Of a stretch of 64,000 nt of DNA, positions 1-12,208 are shown one piece after another. Location of the stretch: the NCBI GenBank assembly GCA_013416795.1, contig RQSC01000907.1, positions 15,641 through 79,640 on the forward strand, given 5' to 3'. The notes under the pieces were generated by a model. It saw nothing but the letters and a program-made list of their open reading frames with translations, had not been told where the DNA came from and did no database searches. The translations under genes were made by a program, and so were the position numbers. Numbering within the stretch: the stretch's first letter is position 1; each line of letters begins with the position of its first letter. The DNA comes from Prasinococcaceae sp. CCMP 1430. Its lineage: Eukaryota; Plantae; Prasinodermophyta.

Positions 1-350
1 GGATAGGAGTTCCAAGCCCCTCCCGACACGCCCACCCGACCCACCCACCCACCGCCGCTGCCGCCCCTCCGGCGCCTCCGCCCCCTCCCCGCTGCTGCTG
101 CTGCTGCTGCTGCCGCTGCCGCTGTTGGCTCCACCGCTGCTTGTTGCCCCCGCCGCAGGTCGAGGTTTGGGGTGGGTGGGTTGGGGTTGGGTACCGACGA
201 AAAACGGAAGAGGGTTTGTATGTATGTTTGGTTAATGGTTGGGTGCGTGGATGGATGGGTGTTGGCGTGGTTTGTTTTTTTTTCGGCCTGCGCGCGTGCC
301 GGCCGCGCGCACGCCACCCGCCGCAGCGGGGGCGGGGGCAGCGCGGGCGC

Positions 351-897
351 NNNNNNNNNNNNNNNNNNNNNNNNNNNNNNNNNNNNNNNNNNNNNNNNNN
401 NNNNNNNNNNNNNNNNNNNNNNNNNNNNNNNNNNNNNNNNNNNNNNNNNNNNNNNNNNNNNNNNNNNNNNNNNNNNNNNNNNNNNNNNNNNNNNNNNNNN
501 NNNNNNNNNNNNNNNNNNNNNNNNNNNNNNNNNNNNNNNNNNNNNNNNNNNNNNNNNNNNNNNNNNNNNNNNNNNNNNNNNNNNNNNNNNNNNNNNNNNN
601 NNNNNNNNNNNNNNNNNNNNNNNNNNNNNNNNNNNNNNNNNNNNNNNNNNNNNNNNNNNNNNNNNNNNNNNNNNNNNNNNNNNNNNNNNNNNNNNNNNNN
701 NNNNNNNNNNNNNNNNNNNNNNNNNNNNNNNNNNNNNNNNNNNNNNNNNNNNNNNNNNNNNNNNNNNNNNNNNNNNNNNNNNNNNNNNNNNNNNNNNNNN
801 NNNNNNNNNNNNNNNNNNNNNNNNNNNNNNNNNNNNNNNNNNNNNNNNNNNNNNNNNNNNNNNNNNNNNNNNNNNNNNNNNNNNNNNNNNNNNNNNN
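351..897. other. assembly gap (N run)
   Basis: Continuous Ns in the sequence. Confidence 1.
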
Positions 898-1079
898 CGG
901 CGGCGGCGGGCGCGCCCGACCGCCTGCCGCGCGACGCGCTGGCCGCGCTCATGCTGGAGGAGATGAAGTGCGGCTGGTTCGAGCTGCGCCTCGGCGACGC
1001 CGACGAGCGCGTCTTCGAGGCGCTCGACCGCGTCGAGGCGCTCTGCCTGGCGCGCAAGCTGCGGCACGGCTGGTTCTGA
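898..1079 (+). CDS. 3' end of an unidentified protein-coding gene (5' part lost in gap)
   Basis: Strongly C/G-ending codons reading DRLPRDALAALMLEEMKCGWFELRLGDADERVFEALDRVEALCLARKLRHGWF*. TGA at 1077-1079 is followed by TACAGTA and CACTGTAA motifs. Family not recognised. Confidence 0.6.
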
Positions 1080-2420
1080 CCCCGAGGCCGCGCCCTGTAC
1101 AGTAGCACTGTAATGCACCCGAGCGGTCCGTGTAGCACGCGACGACGACGCCGAGCGCCGCGCCGCCGCCGCCCGCCGCGCGGCATGCGGGAAGGCGACG
1201 CCCCCCGCCGCCGCGCCGTCCCCCGACGCCGCGCGCGCCGCCGTTCCCCCCCCCCTGCAACACGCAAGGGAAAAAAAAATCAAACGGATTATCCATCGAA
1301 TTACTATTGACTGCGGGGAATAACACGGAAAGAAGTGTTCATCCAGCCGACGTCCGTCCGTCCATCCGATGCCGCGGCACGAGAAAACACGGAAGAATGC
1401 GCGATCGAAATCTGAGCGCTGTTTTTTTTGTTTTTTTTTGCCCGCTCCCGCTCCCGCGCCCGCGCCCGCTCCCGCGACGTGCATGCACGACCCGCCTGCT
1501 TTTTCCCACCTTAATTCCGAGCCATATACGTAAAGATGTGCATGCAATACATGCTAGAAATGTACGGGTATGCCACCTGCGTCCCTGCGCAAAAAAGGCG
1601 GCGGTGCGCGCGGCGGCCTCGCCCCTGTCTGCCTGTCCGTGTGTCTGTCTGTCTGTCTGTCTGTGATGACAGGCGCTGGAGCTGTCCGGGGCGACGCGGG
1701 GGAATTCATCAGGGCGTCGGGCGCAGGAGCATAGGGCCAGGGCCAGGGGCAGGCGCAGGGCGGCGGCGAGGAACACCATCATCCCCGTCGTCAATGCATC
1801 CATCGCCCGGCCGGTGCCGTGCAGAAGCGCCAACCGACCGAGCTGTGCCGCCTGACCACCCACACCCACACCCACACCCACACACCCACACCCGACCGAC
1901 AGACCGACCGCCAGCACCCGCGCCACCTCGCACGACTCCCGCCCGCACTCCCCTCGTCGACTGCTCTACCCCCCCACCGCCGCCCCCGCCGTCTCCTGCC
2001 CTCCCCTCCTCCCAGGTTGCCTGCCCGCGCCGCTGCCGCCGCTGCGCCACCGGCCGGCCGGTGGACAGCCGGCCGTAGCCGCCACAGGTAGGAGGGTTCA
2101 GCAGCAGAGCCCCCCTCCCACACCAGTGGGGTCCGCACCGGCTGCAGCAGCAGCGGCGTCGGTCGGACGGGAAGCGGCCGGGTGCGCGTCGGCCTCGCTC
2201 GCTCGCTGCTTTTCGGCGGCGGCTGCTCCGCCGCGCGCGCCTCCCGCCTCGCGACGGCGCCGCGGAGTGGCGCGGGCCAAATGGGGCCTTCGGCGCGAAA
2301 TGTGAAGACAGAAGAAGAAGCGATGGGAAGAATCGGCGGCGATGAAAAAAAGGGACGGACGGGGGGCCGCGCGCGCTGCGCGGCCGATCCCCGCAGGTGC
2401 GCGGTGCGGGCAGCGCGCGC

Positions 2421-2760
2421 NGCAGCAGCAGCACCAGCAGCCGCCGCCGCAGCAGAACGGCCACCACCGCCACCATGCCAACAACACCTTCAGCTTCGGC
2501 GACGCGACGGGCGCCACCGACGCGGAGCGGCCCGACGCCGCCGGCGCCGCGCGGCCGAGCCACGTCGAGCTGCAGCGGCGGCTGCACGAGCGGCTCGCGC
2601 ACCTGCGCGGCAAGCGCAAGGCGGACGAGGGGCGCGCGTCGGCGCAGGCGGCCACGCAGTGGCGCGAGCAGGTGCTCGCGCAGCGCAAGAAGCGCAAGGA
2701 GAACAAGAAGGTCGGCCGCGCGGCCGCCGCCCGCGGCAGCAGCAGCCGCGGCGGCAGCTG
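2421..2760 (+). CDS. SURF6/Rrp14-like nucleolar protein fragment (incomplete, starts at an N)
   Basis: SHVELQRRLHERLAHLRGKRKADEG...REQVLAQRKKRKENKK resembles the LRxRLxxKIxxLRxKRKA segment of SURF6/Rrp14. Codon bias looks coding. The SURF6 C-terminal domain is not seen. Confidence 0.45.
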
Positions 2761-3091
2761 CAGCCTCCCCAGCAGCAGCAGCCTCCCCAGCAGCAGCGGC
2801 CGCTGCCACCGCCGCGCGAGGCCCTCGGGGGATGAGGGAAGAGGGGGATGTCGAGGGGACTCGAAAGCCCTCCACAGCCCCCGTCCTCCGCAGACCGAAC
2901 GCACGAACACCCCCTCCCGCCAACCGCCCGCCCGCGCGCGCGGGGCCCTCAACCCTCGCGGGGCGCCTCGTCCTCTCGCGAACGCCGCCCGCTGACCCGC
3001 AGCCCCCTTTCTCCCCCCCCACCCCTCCCCCTAAAAAAAACAAAACATCCCTCCCCCTCGATCTCGCCTCCGCGACGCGCAGACCGTCGCG

Positions 3092-6000
3092 ATGGACGCG
3101 GCCGCGAAGGAGCAGATGGCCAAGGTGGCGGCGGGCATCGAGGAGAAGGATGCCGCGCAGGCCGCCGCCAAGGCGATCGCCGAGGCCACCAAGTCGGCCG
3201 GGGCCTACGCCGACCTGTGCAAGGAGCTGACCGCCGCCGCCGGCGACAAGAAGACGCCCGCCGCGCGCTCGGCCGCCATGTACGTCGTCGAGGCGGTGTG
3301 CAAGGAGAACGGCTCGCGCGGCGAGCCCTTCATGGTGGGCCTGTACCCCACCGTGCTCGAGGCGCTCGGCGACAAGCAGAAGGAGGTGCGCTCGGCCGGC
3401 AAGTCGGCCGTCAAGGCCTTCAAGAAGCTCACCTCGAAGCGCAAGGGCTGCTGCGCGGCGGTGATGCCCATGCTCCTCGAGGCGATGGGCTCGTCCAAGT
3501 GGCAGACCAAGGAAGCCGCGCTCTCGCAGCTCGCGGCGTTCTCCGAGTCGTCGCCCGCGCAGGTGTCGCACGCGCTGCCCGAGCTGGTGCCCATCATCTG
3601 CGACCTCATGTACGACACCAAGGAGGACGTCGCCAAGGCCGCCAAGGACGCCATGGAGAAGGCGATGAACACCACCGGCAACAAGGACCTGGAGCCGCTG
3701 CTGCCCGAGCTCTTCGAGGCGCTCAAGGAGCCCACCAAGGTGCCCGAGACCATCCACGTGCTGGCGTCGACCACCTTCGTGCAGACCGTGACCCGCGGCG
3801 CGCTCGCGCTCGTGTCGCCGCTGCTGCTGCGCGGCTACAACGAGCGCAAGGCGACCATCAAGCGCCAGTGCTCGGTGATCACCTCGAACATGTCCAAGCT
3901 CGTCGAGGAGCCCGAGGAGGCCGCGCCCTTCCTGCCGCACCTCATGCCCGCCGTGGAGAAGGCCTCGCAGGAGGTCGCCGACCCCGAGGCGCGCGGCGTG
4001 TGCGAGAAGGCCTTCGAGCAGCTCAAGCGCATCGACGAGGCCGCCAAGGCCGCCAAGCCGCGCGCGACCGACCCCGTGTCCATCAAGGGCTTCCTCACGG
4101 AGAAGTTCGGCGCGTTCGACGACACCGTGGCCACCTACGTGTCGGTGTGCTGCGCGGCGCTCGTGCAGTCCAAGGAGTGGGACCCGGCCGTGTGGGAGAA
4201 GCACACCGAGCCCTACATGAAGCTCGTCATGGACTCGCAGCCCGTGAAGGACTACGCCAAGCCCTTCGCCGAGAAGATGGAGGAGGAGGCCGCCGTGCCC
4301 GAAGAGGAGGAGGACGAGGACGCCGCCGAGCTGCTGTGCGACTGCAAGTTCACGCTCGCCTACGGCTCCAAGATCCTGCTGCACAACACCAACCTCAAGC
4401 TGCGCCGCGGCCTCAAGTACGGCCTGCTCGGCGGCAACGACTCCGGCAAGACCACGCTCATGCGCGCCATCGCCAACGAGCAGGTCGAGGGCTTCCCCGA
4501 CTCGACGCAGGTCAAGTGCGTCTTCGTCGAGGCCGACATTCTCGGCGAGCTGTCGCATCTGTCGTGCGTCGACTACATCCTCGAGTACCCCGGCATCAAG
4601 GAGATCGGCGCCACGCGCGAGTCGGTCATGGGCCGCCTCAGCGACGTCGGCTTCATCGAGGGCGAGGGCGTGGCGTGCATGCTTAACATGGTGGGCACGC
4701 TCTCGGGCGGCTGGCGCATGAAGCTGGCGCTCGCGCGCGCCATGCTGCAGAACGCCGACGTGCTGCTCATGGACGAGCCGACCAACCATCTCGACGTGCT
4801 CAACGTCAAGTGGGTGACCGACTACCTCTGCGGCCTGGCCAACGTGACCTGCGTGATGGTGTCGCACGACACCAAGTTCCTCGACACCGTGTGCTCGAAC
4901 ATCCTGCGCATCCAGGACCTCAAGCTCAAGGCGCACAAGGGCAACCTCTCCTCGTACGTGGAGAAGTACCCCGACGCCATGTCGTTCTTCTCGTTCAAGG
5001 CGACCAAGTCCAAGATGAGCTTCCCGCAGCCGGGCTTCCTCGAGGGCGTCAAGTCCAAGGGCAAGCCGCTCATGAAGATGGCCAACTGCGAGTTCACCTA
5101 CCCGGGCAACCAGAAGCCCACCATCATCAACATCACCTGCATGGTGTCGCTCGCCTCGCGCGTGGCGTGCGTCGGCCAGAACGGGGCCGGCAAGTCGACC
5201 ATGATCAAGATCCTCACCGGCGAGCTCGTCCCGCAGGTCGGCGAGGTGTGGAACCACCCCAACGCGCGCATCGCCTACGTGGCGCAGCACGCCTTCCACC
5301 ACATCGAGAACCACCTGACGAAGACGCCCAACGAGTACATCCAGTGGCGCTACCAGTACGGCGACGACCGCGAGGGCCTCGCGAAGGACTCGATGATCGT
5401 CACCGAGGAGGAGAAGAAGCTCAAGCAGCAGCCGTTCCTCGTCGACGTCACCGACTCGGACGGCAACGTCGTGCGCATCAAGAAGCAGATCGAGGAGCTC
5501 TACGGCGGCCGCCGCTCCGTCAAGAAGGGCTACGAGTACGAGTGCAAGTTCCTGAACACGGGGCCGGAGGGCAACCAGTACGTGCCGGGCGACAAGCTGA
5601 TCAAGCTCGGCTGGGAGAAGGACATGAAGCTCGTCGACGAGAAGATCGCCGCGCGCGACCGCATGGCGTCGCGCCCGCTGACCAAGGCCAACGTCGAGCA
5701 GCACCTCGCGGACGTCGGCCTCGAGGCCGAGTACGCCACGCACACGCGCATCTCGGCGCTGTCGGGCGGCCAGAAGGTCAAGGTCGTGCTCGCGGCGGCC
5801 ATGTGGAACCAGCCGCACATCGTCATCCTCGACGAGCCCACCAACTACCTCGACCGCGACGCGCTCGGCGCGCTCGCGGGCGCCATCGAGGAGTTCGAGG
5901 GCGGCGTGGTGATGATCACCCACAACGACGAGTTCTGCCGCCAGCTGTGCCCCGAGCGCTGGGTGCTCGAGCGCGGCCCGGACAACATCGGCCGCATGTC

Positions 6001-6220
6001 GACCGAGGGCGACGCCGAATGGATGACCAACATCCTCAAGGGCGACGTCAACTTCAAGGACGCCGCCACCGAGGACCGCGTCGACGCCATGGGCAACGTC
6101 ATCAAGGGCAAGCAGCGCAAGAAGAAGCTCTCCAAGCGCGAGGCCAAGAAGAAGCAGAAGGAGCGCGAGGCCAAGATCGCCGCCGGCCTCGAGGTCACCT
6201 CGTCCGACGAGGACATGTAG
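3092..6220 (+). CDS. EF3: translation elongation factor 3 (eEF3, ABC-F ATPase), intronless, 1042 aa
   Basis: N-terminal HEAT region (SSKWQTKEAAL, VPETIHVLASTTFVQTV). ABC1 has GGNDSGKTT, LSGGWRMKLALARAML and LLMDEPTNHLD. ABC2 has GQNGAGKST, a chromodomain-type insertion, LSGGQKVKVVLAAAMW and LDEPTNYLDRDALGALA. Lys-rich tail ending SSDEDM. Confidence 0.97.
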   Translation: MDAAAKEQMAKVAAGIEEKDAAQAAAKAIAEATKSAGAYADLCKELTAAAGDKKTPAARSAAMYVVEAVCKENGSRGEPFMVGLYPTVLEALGDKQKEVRSAGKSAVKAFKKLTSKRKGCCAAVMPMLLEAMGSSKWQTKEAALSQLAAFSESSPAQVSHALPELVPIICDLMYDTKEDVAKAAKDAMEKAMNTTGNKDLEPLLPELFEALKEPTKVPETIHVLASTTFVQTVTRGALALVSPLLLRGYNERKATIKRQCSVITSNMSKLVEEPEEAAPFLPHLMPAVEKASQEVADPEARGVCEKAFEQLKRIDEAAKAAKPRATDPVSIKGFLTEKFGAFDDTVATYVSVCCAALVQSKEWDPAVWEKHTEPYMKLVMDSQPVKDYAKPFAEKMEEEAAVPEEEEDEDAAELLCDCKFTLAYGSKILLHNTNLKLRRGLKYGLLGGNDSGKTTLMRAIANEQVEGFPDSTQVKCVFVEADILGELSHLSCVDYILEYPGIKEIGATRESVMGRLSDVGFIEGEGVACMLNMVGTLSGGWRMKLALARAMLQNADVLLMDEPTNHLDVLNVKWVTDYLCGLANVTCVMVSHDTKFLDTVCSNILRIQDLKLKAHKGNLSSYVEKYPDAMSFFSFKATKSKMSFPQPGFLEGVKSKGKPLMKMANCEFTYPGNQKPTIINITCMVSLASRVACVGQNGAGKSTMIKILTGELVPQVGEVWNHPNARIAYVAQHAFHHIENHLTKTPNEYIQWRYQYGDDREGLAKDSMIVTEEEKKLKQQPFLVDVTDSDGNVVRIKKQIEELYGGRRSVKKGYEYECKFLNTGPEGNQYVPGDKLIKLGWEKDMKLVDEKIAARDRMASRPLTKANVEQHLADVGLEAEYATHTRISALSGGQKVKVVLAAAMWNQPHIVILDEPTNYLDRDALGALAGAIEEFEGGVVMITHNDEFCRQLCPERWVLERGPDNIGRMSTEGDAEWMTNILKGDVNFKDAATEDRVDAMGNVIKGKQRKKKLSKREAKKKQKEREAKIAAGLEVTSSDEDM

Positions 6221-6404
6221 GATCCAAACAGCTCGGGATACCTCCTGACCGTGCCGAACGCCCCCTCCCGCCCACCCTCCCTGCTTGCCCAAACACACAA
6301 TTGTTCTTTTTCCCCACTATTATTTTAACGGCGGCCGATGCGTTCAGGACTCCCTCGGCGCACACCATGGTGCCGCGCGCCGCGCGCTGGTGCGGGCCGT
6401 AGGG

Positions 6405-6484
6405 TGTGGGTGTGTGTGCGTGTGCGTGTGCGTGTGCGTGTGCGTGTCTGCGTGTGTGGTGGTGGTTGTGTGTGGTGGTGTGTG
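6405..6484. repeat. (GT)/(GTGTGC)n microsatellite downstream of eEF3
   Basis: gtgtgggtgtgtgtgcgtgtgcgtgtgcgtgtgcgtgtgcg... seen directly. Confidence 0.9.
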
Positions 6485-6814
6485 TCTGGGGGGTGGGAGG
6501 CTTGCGAGAGGAGGGTGCCTGCACCCCGCGCCGCCGGGCCCGTCGGGCGCGCCCTCCGACCCCTGCCGACCCCGCGCCGCGACCCACACCCATCCTCCAC
6601 GCGCACGCCCTTCCTCGGTCACCCCCTCACTTCCTCCCCCCCTCGCCTGGCGCCCCTGGCGCCCCTCGACGTCCCAACCTGACGTCCCCACACTCGAGCC
6701 AATGCAGCATCGCTCCATCAACTTCCGAGGCCACTTTTTTCTTTCTTTAAAAAAACAATTGACGCGGCCCTTTTCGGTCGTACGTCCCACCAGATGGTAT
6801 TTTCGAGCGGCGTT

Positions 6815-6868
6815 TTTTTGTTTTTGTTTTTGTTTTTGTTTTTTGTTTTTTGTTTGTTTTTGTTTTTG
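6815..6868. repeat. (TTTTTG)n microsatellite
   Basis: ttttttgtttttgtttttgtttttg... seen directly upstream of the Aquarius gene. Confidence 0.9.
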
Positions 6869-6946
6869 TCGGCGGCGGCTGCGCGCTCGTCGTCTGTCGT
6901 CGCCGTCCGGCGCGGCCGCGAGGGCCAGAGCGCGCGCGCCCCGGGC

Positions 6947-7037
6947 NNNNNNNNNNNNNNNNNNNNNNNNNNNNNNNNNNNNNNNNNNNNNNNNNNNNNN
7001 NNNNNNNNNNNNNNNNNNNNNNNNNNNNNNNNNNNNN
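6947..7037. other. assembly gap (N run), probably containing the Aquarius start
   Basis: Continuous Ns; the coding frame resumes immediately after. Confidence 1.
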
Positions 7038-10000
7038 GAGGCGGCGGCGGCGGTGGCGGTAGGGGCGGAGGCGGTCGAGGCGGTCGGGGCGGCGGCGGCG
7101 GGGCGCCGCCGGCCCCCAAGCCCACGGCCCTGACGGTCGCGTCCCTCGCGAACGATCCGATCGCTGCGGCAGCAAAGCTGCATTGGCAGCCCGGCGCCGC
7201 GGAGCCGCTGCTCGAGGGCGCCGACACGGGCGCTCTGCGCACGTTCGTCACCAAGACGTACGTCAGCGAGCTCGGAGGAGGGCGTGCGCAGCCGCCGCGC
7301 GTCAAGGTGCAGACGCTCGAGGTGTGTGGCTACCTCGAGGACCTGCTCTGGCCCGCCTTCTGCAAGCTACACGCGGCGGGCGAGTGCGGCCCAGGGGGTG
7401 GCGCGGATGCGGACGTCGACGCGCTGGTGCGCAGCATCGTCCTCATGGTCAACGCCAAGGCCGCCGAGGAGCTGCCGATGTGGGAGGCCTTCCGCTCGGA
7501 CGAGGGGGCGTTCGCCGCGCTCTTCGCGCGCGTGTGCGCCCTCGGACGCCGCGCGGCCGCCGCCGAGCGCGTCGGTGCGTCCGCGCTGGCGCGTATGGTC
7601 TTCCTCACACACGCCTTCCACTCGCTGGGCGACCGCTTGCTCCGCGAGCAGGTCCTGCGCCTCGTGTCGCTGTCGGCGTGGCACGTGGCTTCGCCGAAGC
7701 GCGTGGCCGCGGCGGTGGCCGCGAACGCGCAGCTCGCCAAGCCCTGGCGCTACCTGCAGAAGAAGGAGGCCAAGCGGAAAGCCAAGGAGGGCGACGCCTA
7801 CGCGCCGCCCGAGGCGCGCCTCGAGGTGACCTTCGTGCGCGACTTCATCGGCGACTTCCTGGAGGCGCTAGCGGTGGCGTCGGACGCGGCGGAGGACGCC
7901 GGCATGGGGCGCGCAGCCGCGGCGCTTTGCGAGCGCTGCTGCGAGCTGGCGATCGACCTGCTCAGCCAGCTCCCCACGCGGCGCTTCTCGCGCCTGCTCT
8001 TCGAGGACGCCGCGCTCGCACAGCGCTGCGAGAAGAGCGCGCTCTGCGTCGAGGGCGCGAGGGCGGTCGCCGGCGCGGCAGCGGGCGGCGACGCGGCGGC
8101 GCAGGCGAGCGCCTTGGCAGTGGGCGCACGCGGTGGGCTCTTCTCGCAGCTGGTACCGCACCTGTGCTACTACATGCACTTTGAGGTGGACGACCACACG
8201 GGCGAGGCGCTTCGTGAGGACGAGGTCGAAGCGCGTCGCTGCGCGCGCCTGCGCGCCATGCAGCGCCTGGCATTTGTCAAGGGCGGGACGCAGCTGCGCG
8301 CCCTCGCGCTGTCCCACCTGGGCGCGCTGAGCACCAAGCAGGGTCTGATGAAGCACCTGAAGGGACTCGACGCGCCCACCGCGCGCAAGCTGGCGGACGC
8401 GCTGCGCGTGGTGCCGCCCTCCGACGCATACGGCGCCAGCGCCTCCGAGGGCGCGGCCGGTCAGGCGCTGCCGGTGCTCGAGGCGATCGCCGAGGCGTTC
8501 GAGCGCCGGCCAAGCCAGCGTGAGGCAGTGGCGGCGCTCCCGCTGTACCCCACCGAGGCAGCGCTGTGGGATGAGCACGCTGCGCCGATGGACGCGCGCT
8601 ACCGCGCGTCCGATGCACCGCTCGCCCTTCCCAAACTCAACCTGCAATTCCTCACCTTGCATGACTACCTGCTACGCAACTACGCGCTCTTCCGCCTGGA
8701 GGCCACGCACGAGGTGCGCGACGATGTCCTCGACGCCGCGCAGCGCCTGCGCCCGCGGTGGCGCCTTGACGGTTTCGGCAACGCCATCACGGGCGAGGGC
8801 GCCGAGGTGGAGTTCGCGGGCTGGGCGCGCATGGCCGTGCCCGCGCGCCGTGCAGCGGTGATGAAGGTGGGTCGCCCGGCGCTCGGCACGGCCGTGCCCA
8901 GCGCCGTGACTGCACACGTGGACTACTCGCTGGGGAGCCTCGGCGCCGACGTGCGCGAGGAGTGGGACCGACTGCGCCAACATGACGTGGTCTTTCTACT
9001 CGAGATGCGCCCGCCGAGCGCCGACCTCGTCGAGAAGATGATGGGTGAGATGGCTGGCGGCTCCCCGCGTGACTCGCTGGCCCCCGCGGAGCTCGCCGCG
9101 CGCGCGGGGCTCGTTCGCGTTCGGGGCGCGGAGGTCATCGACGTGCGCGATGGCGAGGGCAAGTCGTTGCACGAGCGCGCCGCCGATGGAAGCGCGCCTG
9201 CCCCGCCGAAAGGCCCCGATCGCACGATGGTTCTTGCGCTCGACCCAGCGCAGTACGCGCTCGATGACAAGGACGGGAGCTCGGAGCGTGTGTTTGCATC
9301 GCACAATGTGCTCCTGCGCCGCAAGCCAAAAGAGAACAACTTCAAGGCCATCCTGACGTGCATCCGCGACATGCTCGCCGAGAAGGAGATGGTGGTGCCC
9401 CCGTGGTTGCACGATATCTTCCTAGGCTATGGCGACCCGGCAGCGGCGCGGCGCGTGACCGAACATGACGCGCTCGACGTGGTCGACTTCAAGGACACGT
9501 TCGTGGACGAAGTGCACCTCAAGGAGAGCTTCGTCGGGCAGGAGGTCGATATCACAGCTGAGGAGGGCGCGACGGAGGACGCCGCAGCCGTGCACTACCG
9601 CATCGAGGCGGCCACGGTGGGCCAGGCGACGAGCGCGGCGCCCGCGGTGGGCGCCAAGCGCACGGCGGACGGCAAAGGCGGTGCCGGGAGCAAGGCGGCG
9701 GCGGCGTCAAAAGTCGCGGCGCGCGCGTACGCGGCGGCCCTGCCGCTGTCGCAGAGCAGCGTGGCCGCGACCGCCGCCGTGCGCTCGGAGCCGCTGGTCA
9801 ACCGCGTGCGCTTCACGCCCACGCAGGTGCGCGCGATTGCCAGCGGCGTGCAGCCGGGCCTCACGCAGATCGTTGGACCGCCCGGCACAGGCAAGACGGA
9901 CGTGGCTGTGCAGATCGCCCACCTACTCTTCCACAACTGCCCCGAGCAGCGTACGCTCCTCATCACCCACTCCAACGCCGCGCTCAACGACCTCTTCGAG

Positions 10001-12132
10001 AAGATCATGCAGCGCGACGTGCCCCATCGCTACATGCTGCGCCTAGGCATGGGCGAGGAGGACCTCGACACGAGCGTGCGTTTTTCGCGCCAGGGGCGCG
10101 TCGACGCCATGCTCGCGCGCCGCATCGAGCTGCTCGCCGAGGTCGACCGCGTGGCCGCTAGTCTGGAGCTGGGCGAGGCCGCTGGCGCGGGCTACACGTG
10201 CGAGACCGCCGCGCATTTCTGGCTGATCCACGTGAAGGCGCGATGGGAGCGCTACCTTCGCGCACTCGCGAAGGCGCGCGAGGCCGGCGGGCGCGGCGCA
10301 GAGGGCCAGGAGGGCACGATGGCCGCGCAGCTGTTCCCTTTCGCGCGCTACTTCGTTGAGCGCAGGCAGCAGGGGCAGCAGCAGGAGGCGCAGCAGCAAG
10401 GGCAGGTGCAGGCGCAGGGGCCTGCTCAACAGGTCGGTGGCCAGCAGGCCACGCAGCAGGAGCTGGGCGCGGGGGGAGCGCTGTTCGACGGCACGAGCGA
10501 GGCGTCCGATCTGGCCGCCGCCGAGGTGTTCTACGCGCGCCTGCGCGCCATGTTCGAGGAGCTCGAGGAGTGCCGACCATTTGAGCTCCTAAAGACGCAG
10601 CGCGACCGCTCGGACCACCTGATGACACGGCAGGCGCGCATCGTGGCCATGACATGCACGCATGCGGCGCTCAAGCGCTCCGATTTCTTGCGGTTGGGGC
10701 TCAAGTACGACAACGTCATCGTGGAGGAGTGCGCGCAGATTCTCGAGGTCGAGACGTTCATCCCGATGATGCTTCAGCGCGCCGTCGACGGCCACTCGCG
10801 CCTCAAGCGCTGTGTGCTCATAGGCGACCACCACCAGCTGCCGCCGGTGGTCAAGAACGCCGCTCTCGCGCGCTATGCCCACCTCGATCAGAGCCTGTTC
10901 ACACGCTTTGTCAGGCTGGGCATGCCCACCATCCAGCTCGACGCGCAGGGCCGCGCACGAGCGGAGATTGCGGCTCTCTACAGCTGGCGGTACGCTACGC
11001 TTGACAACCTGCCCAACGTCTTGGATGGCGCGGCGTACGCGCGCGCCAACGCGGGGATGGCGCACCCTTACCAGTTCGTGGACGTTGGTGATCACCTCGG
11101 GCGCGGCGAGTTCGAGCCTCGCGCGCACTTCACACAGAACCTCGGCGAGGCCGAGTATGTGGTGGCCGCGTACCAGTACCTGAGGCTCCTAGGGCACCCA
11201 GCACGCAGCATCGCCATGCTGACCAGCTACCAAGGGCAGAAGGTGCGTCAGCTGTGTGCGTGTGGGCGGGATGCGTGTGATTCCGAGCGGATTGACTGCG
11301 TCGCCGCTTGCTGCTTCGCGGGGTGATGATTTCTATTGTATTGTCCGTACCATCGTGAGCGGCGGGGGTCCAAACAGCCCCCGCACGCAATGGCGACAAG
11401 CATAGGGGTTTACCTGACCGCACACGACCAGCTGCGCCGGACCGCGCTCCTGCGTGGCCACCGCTCGCACCGCTGACGGCCAATGCCTTTCCCACTCCGC
11501 CGCGCGCCGCGCCTTCGCAGGCGCTTCTCGAGGACGTCGTGGCGAGGCGCTGCTGCGCCACCCCTCACGCACGCGCGCTGTACGGCTCGCCGCTCGCTGT
11601 GGACACCGTTGACCGCTTCCAGGGACAGCAGGCGGACATCGTGCTGCTCAGCCTGGTTCGGACGCGCGCAGTGGGCCACATCCGTGACGTGCGCCGACTG
11701 GTTGTGGCGGTGTCGCGCGCGCGCCTGGGTCTGTATGTCTTCGGGCGCAAGGAGCTGTTCGCGCAGTGCGTGGAGCTGCGGCCAGTGTTCGACCAGCTGC
11801 TCGCGAGGCCCACGCAGCTGCAGCTCGCCTTCGAGGCAAAGGGCGCTGAGGGCGATGGGCAGGTGCTGCCCGAGCGCCACCCGTGCGCGCGCGCGGCAGG
11901 CGCGGCGCCGCCTCGCTCGCGGGACGTGTCGGGCGTCGGCGAGATGCAAGCCATTGTGGCGGGCGCTGAGGCAGGCGAGTTCGCCGAGCGCGCGCGCGCC
12001 GAGCAGGCGCAGCACGCGGACGCGTTCGCCGCAGAGCTTGCGGCCGTGGCGCAGGCCGAAGCCGCGAAGGACGAACAGGGTGGGGCAGGCGCTGGCGAGC
12101 AGGACATGGACACTTCGGACGCTCCGCAGTAA
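7038..12132 (+). CDS. AQR: Aquarius / intron-binding protein 160 spliceosomal RNA helicase; exons <7038..11242 and 11521..12132
   Basis: Family motifs [110 protein letters not shown] and [20 protein letters not shown]. Intron 11243-11520 (GT..AG, CGCTGAC branch point) joins SYQGQK to ALLEDVV in frame. Confidence 0.96.
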
Positions 12133-12208
12133 AATTGTGACTGCCATTGATGCGCGCTACTATTCCCCGCCGCATGCCTTGCCTGGACGCCGGATCTCTT
12201 GCACGCGC

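Noticed and set aside
1709-6298. 1529-aa minus-strand ORF
   Set aside because: Antisense shadow of the GC3-biased eEF3 gene. It has no motifs of its own.
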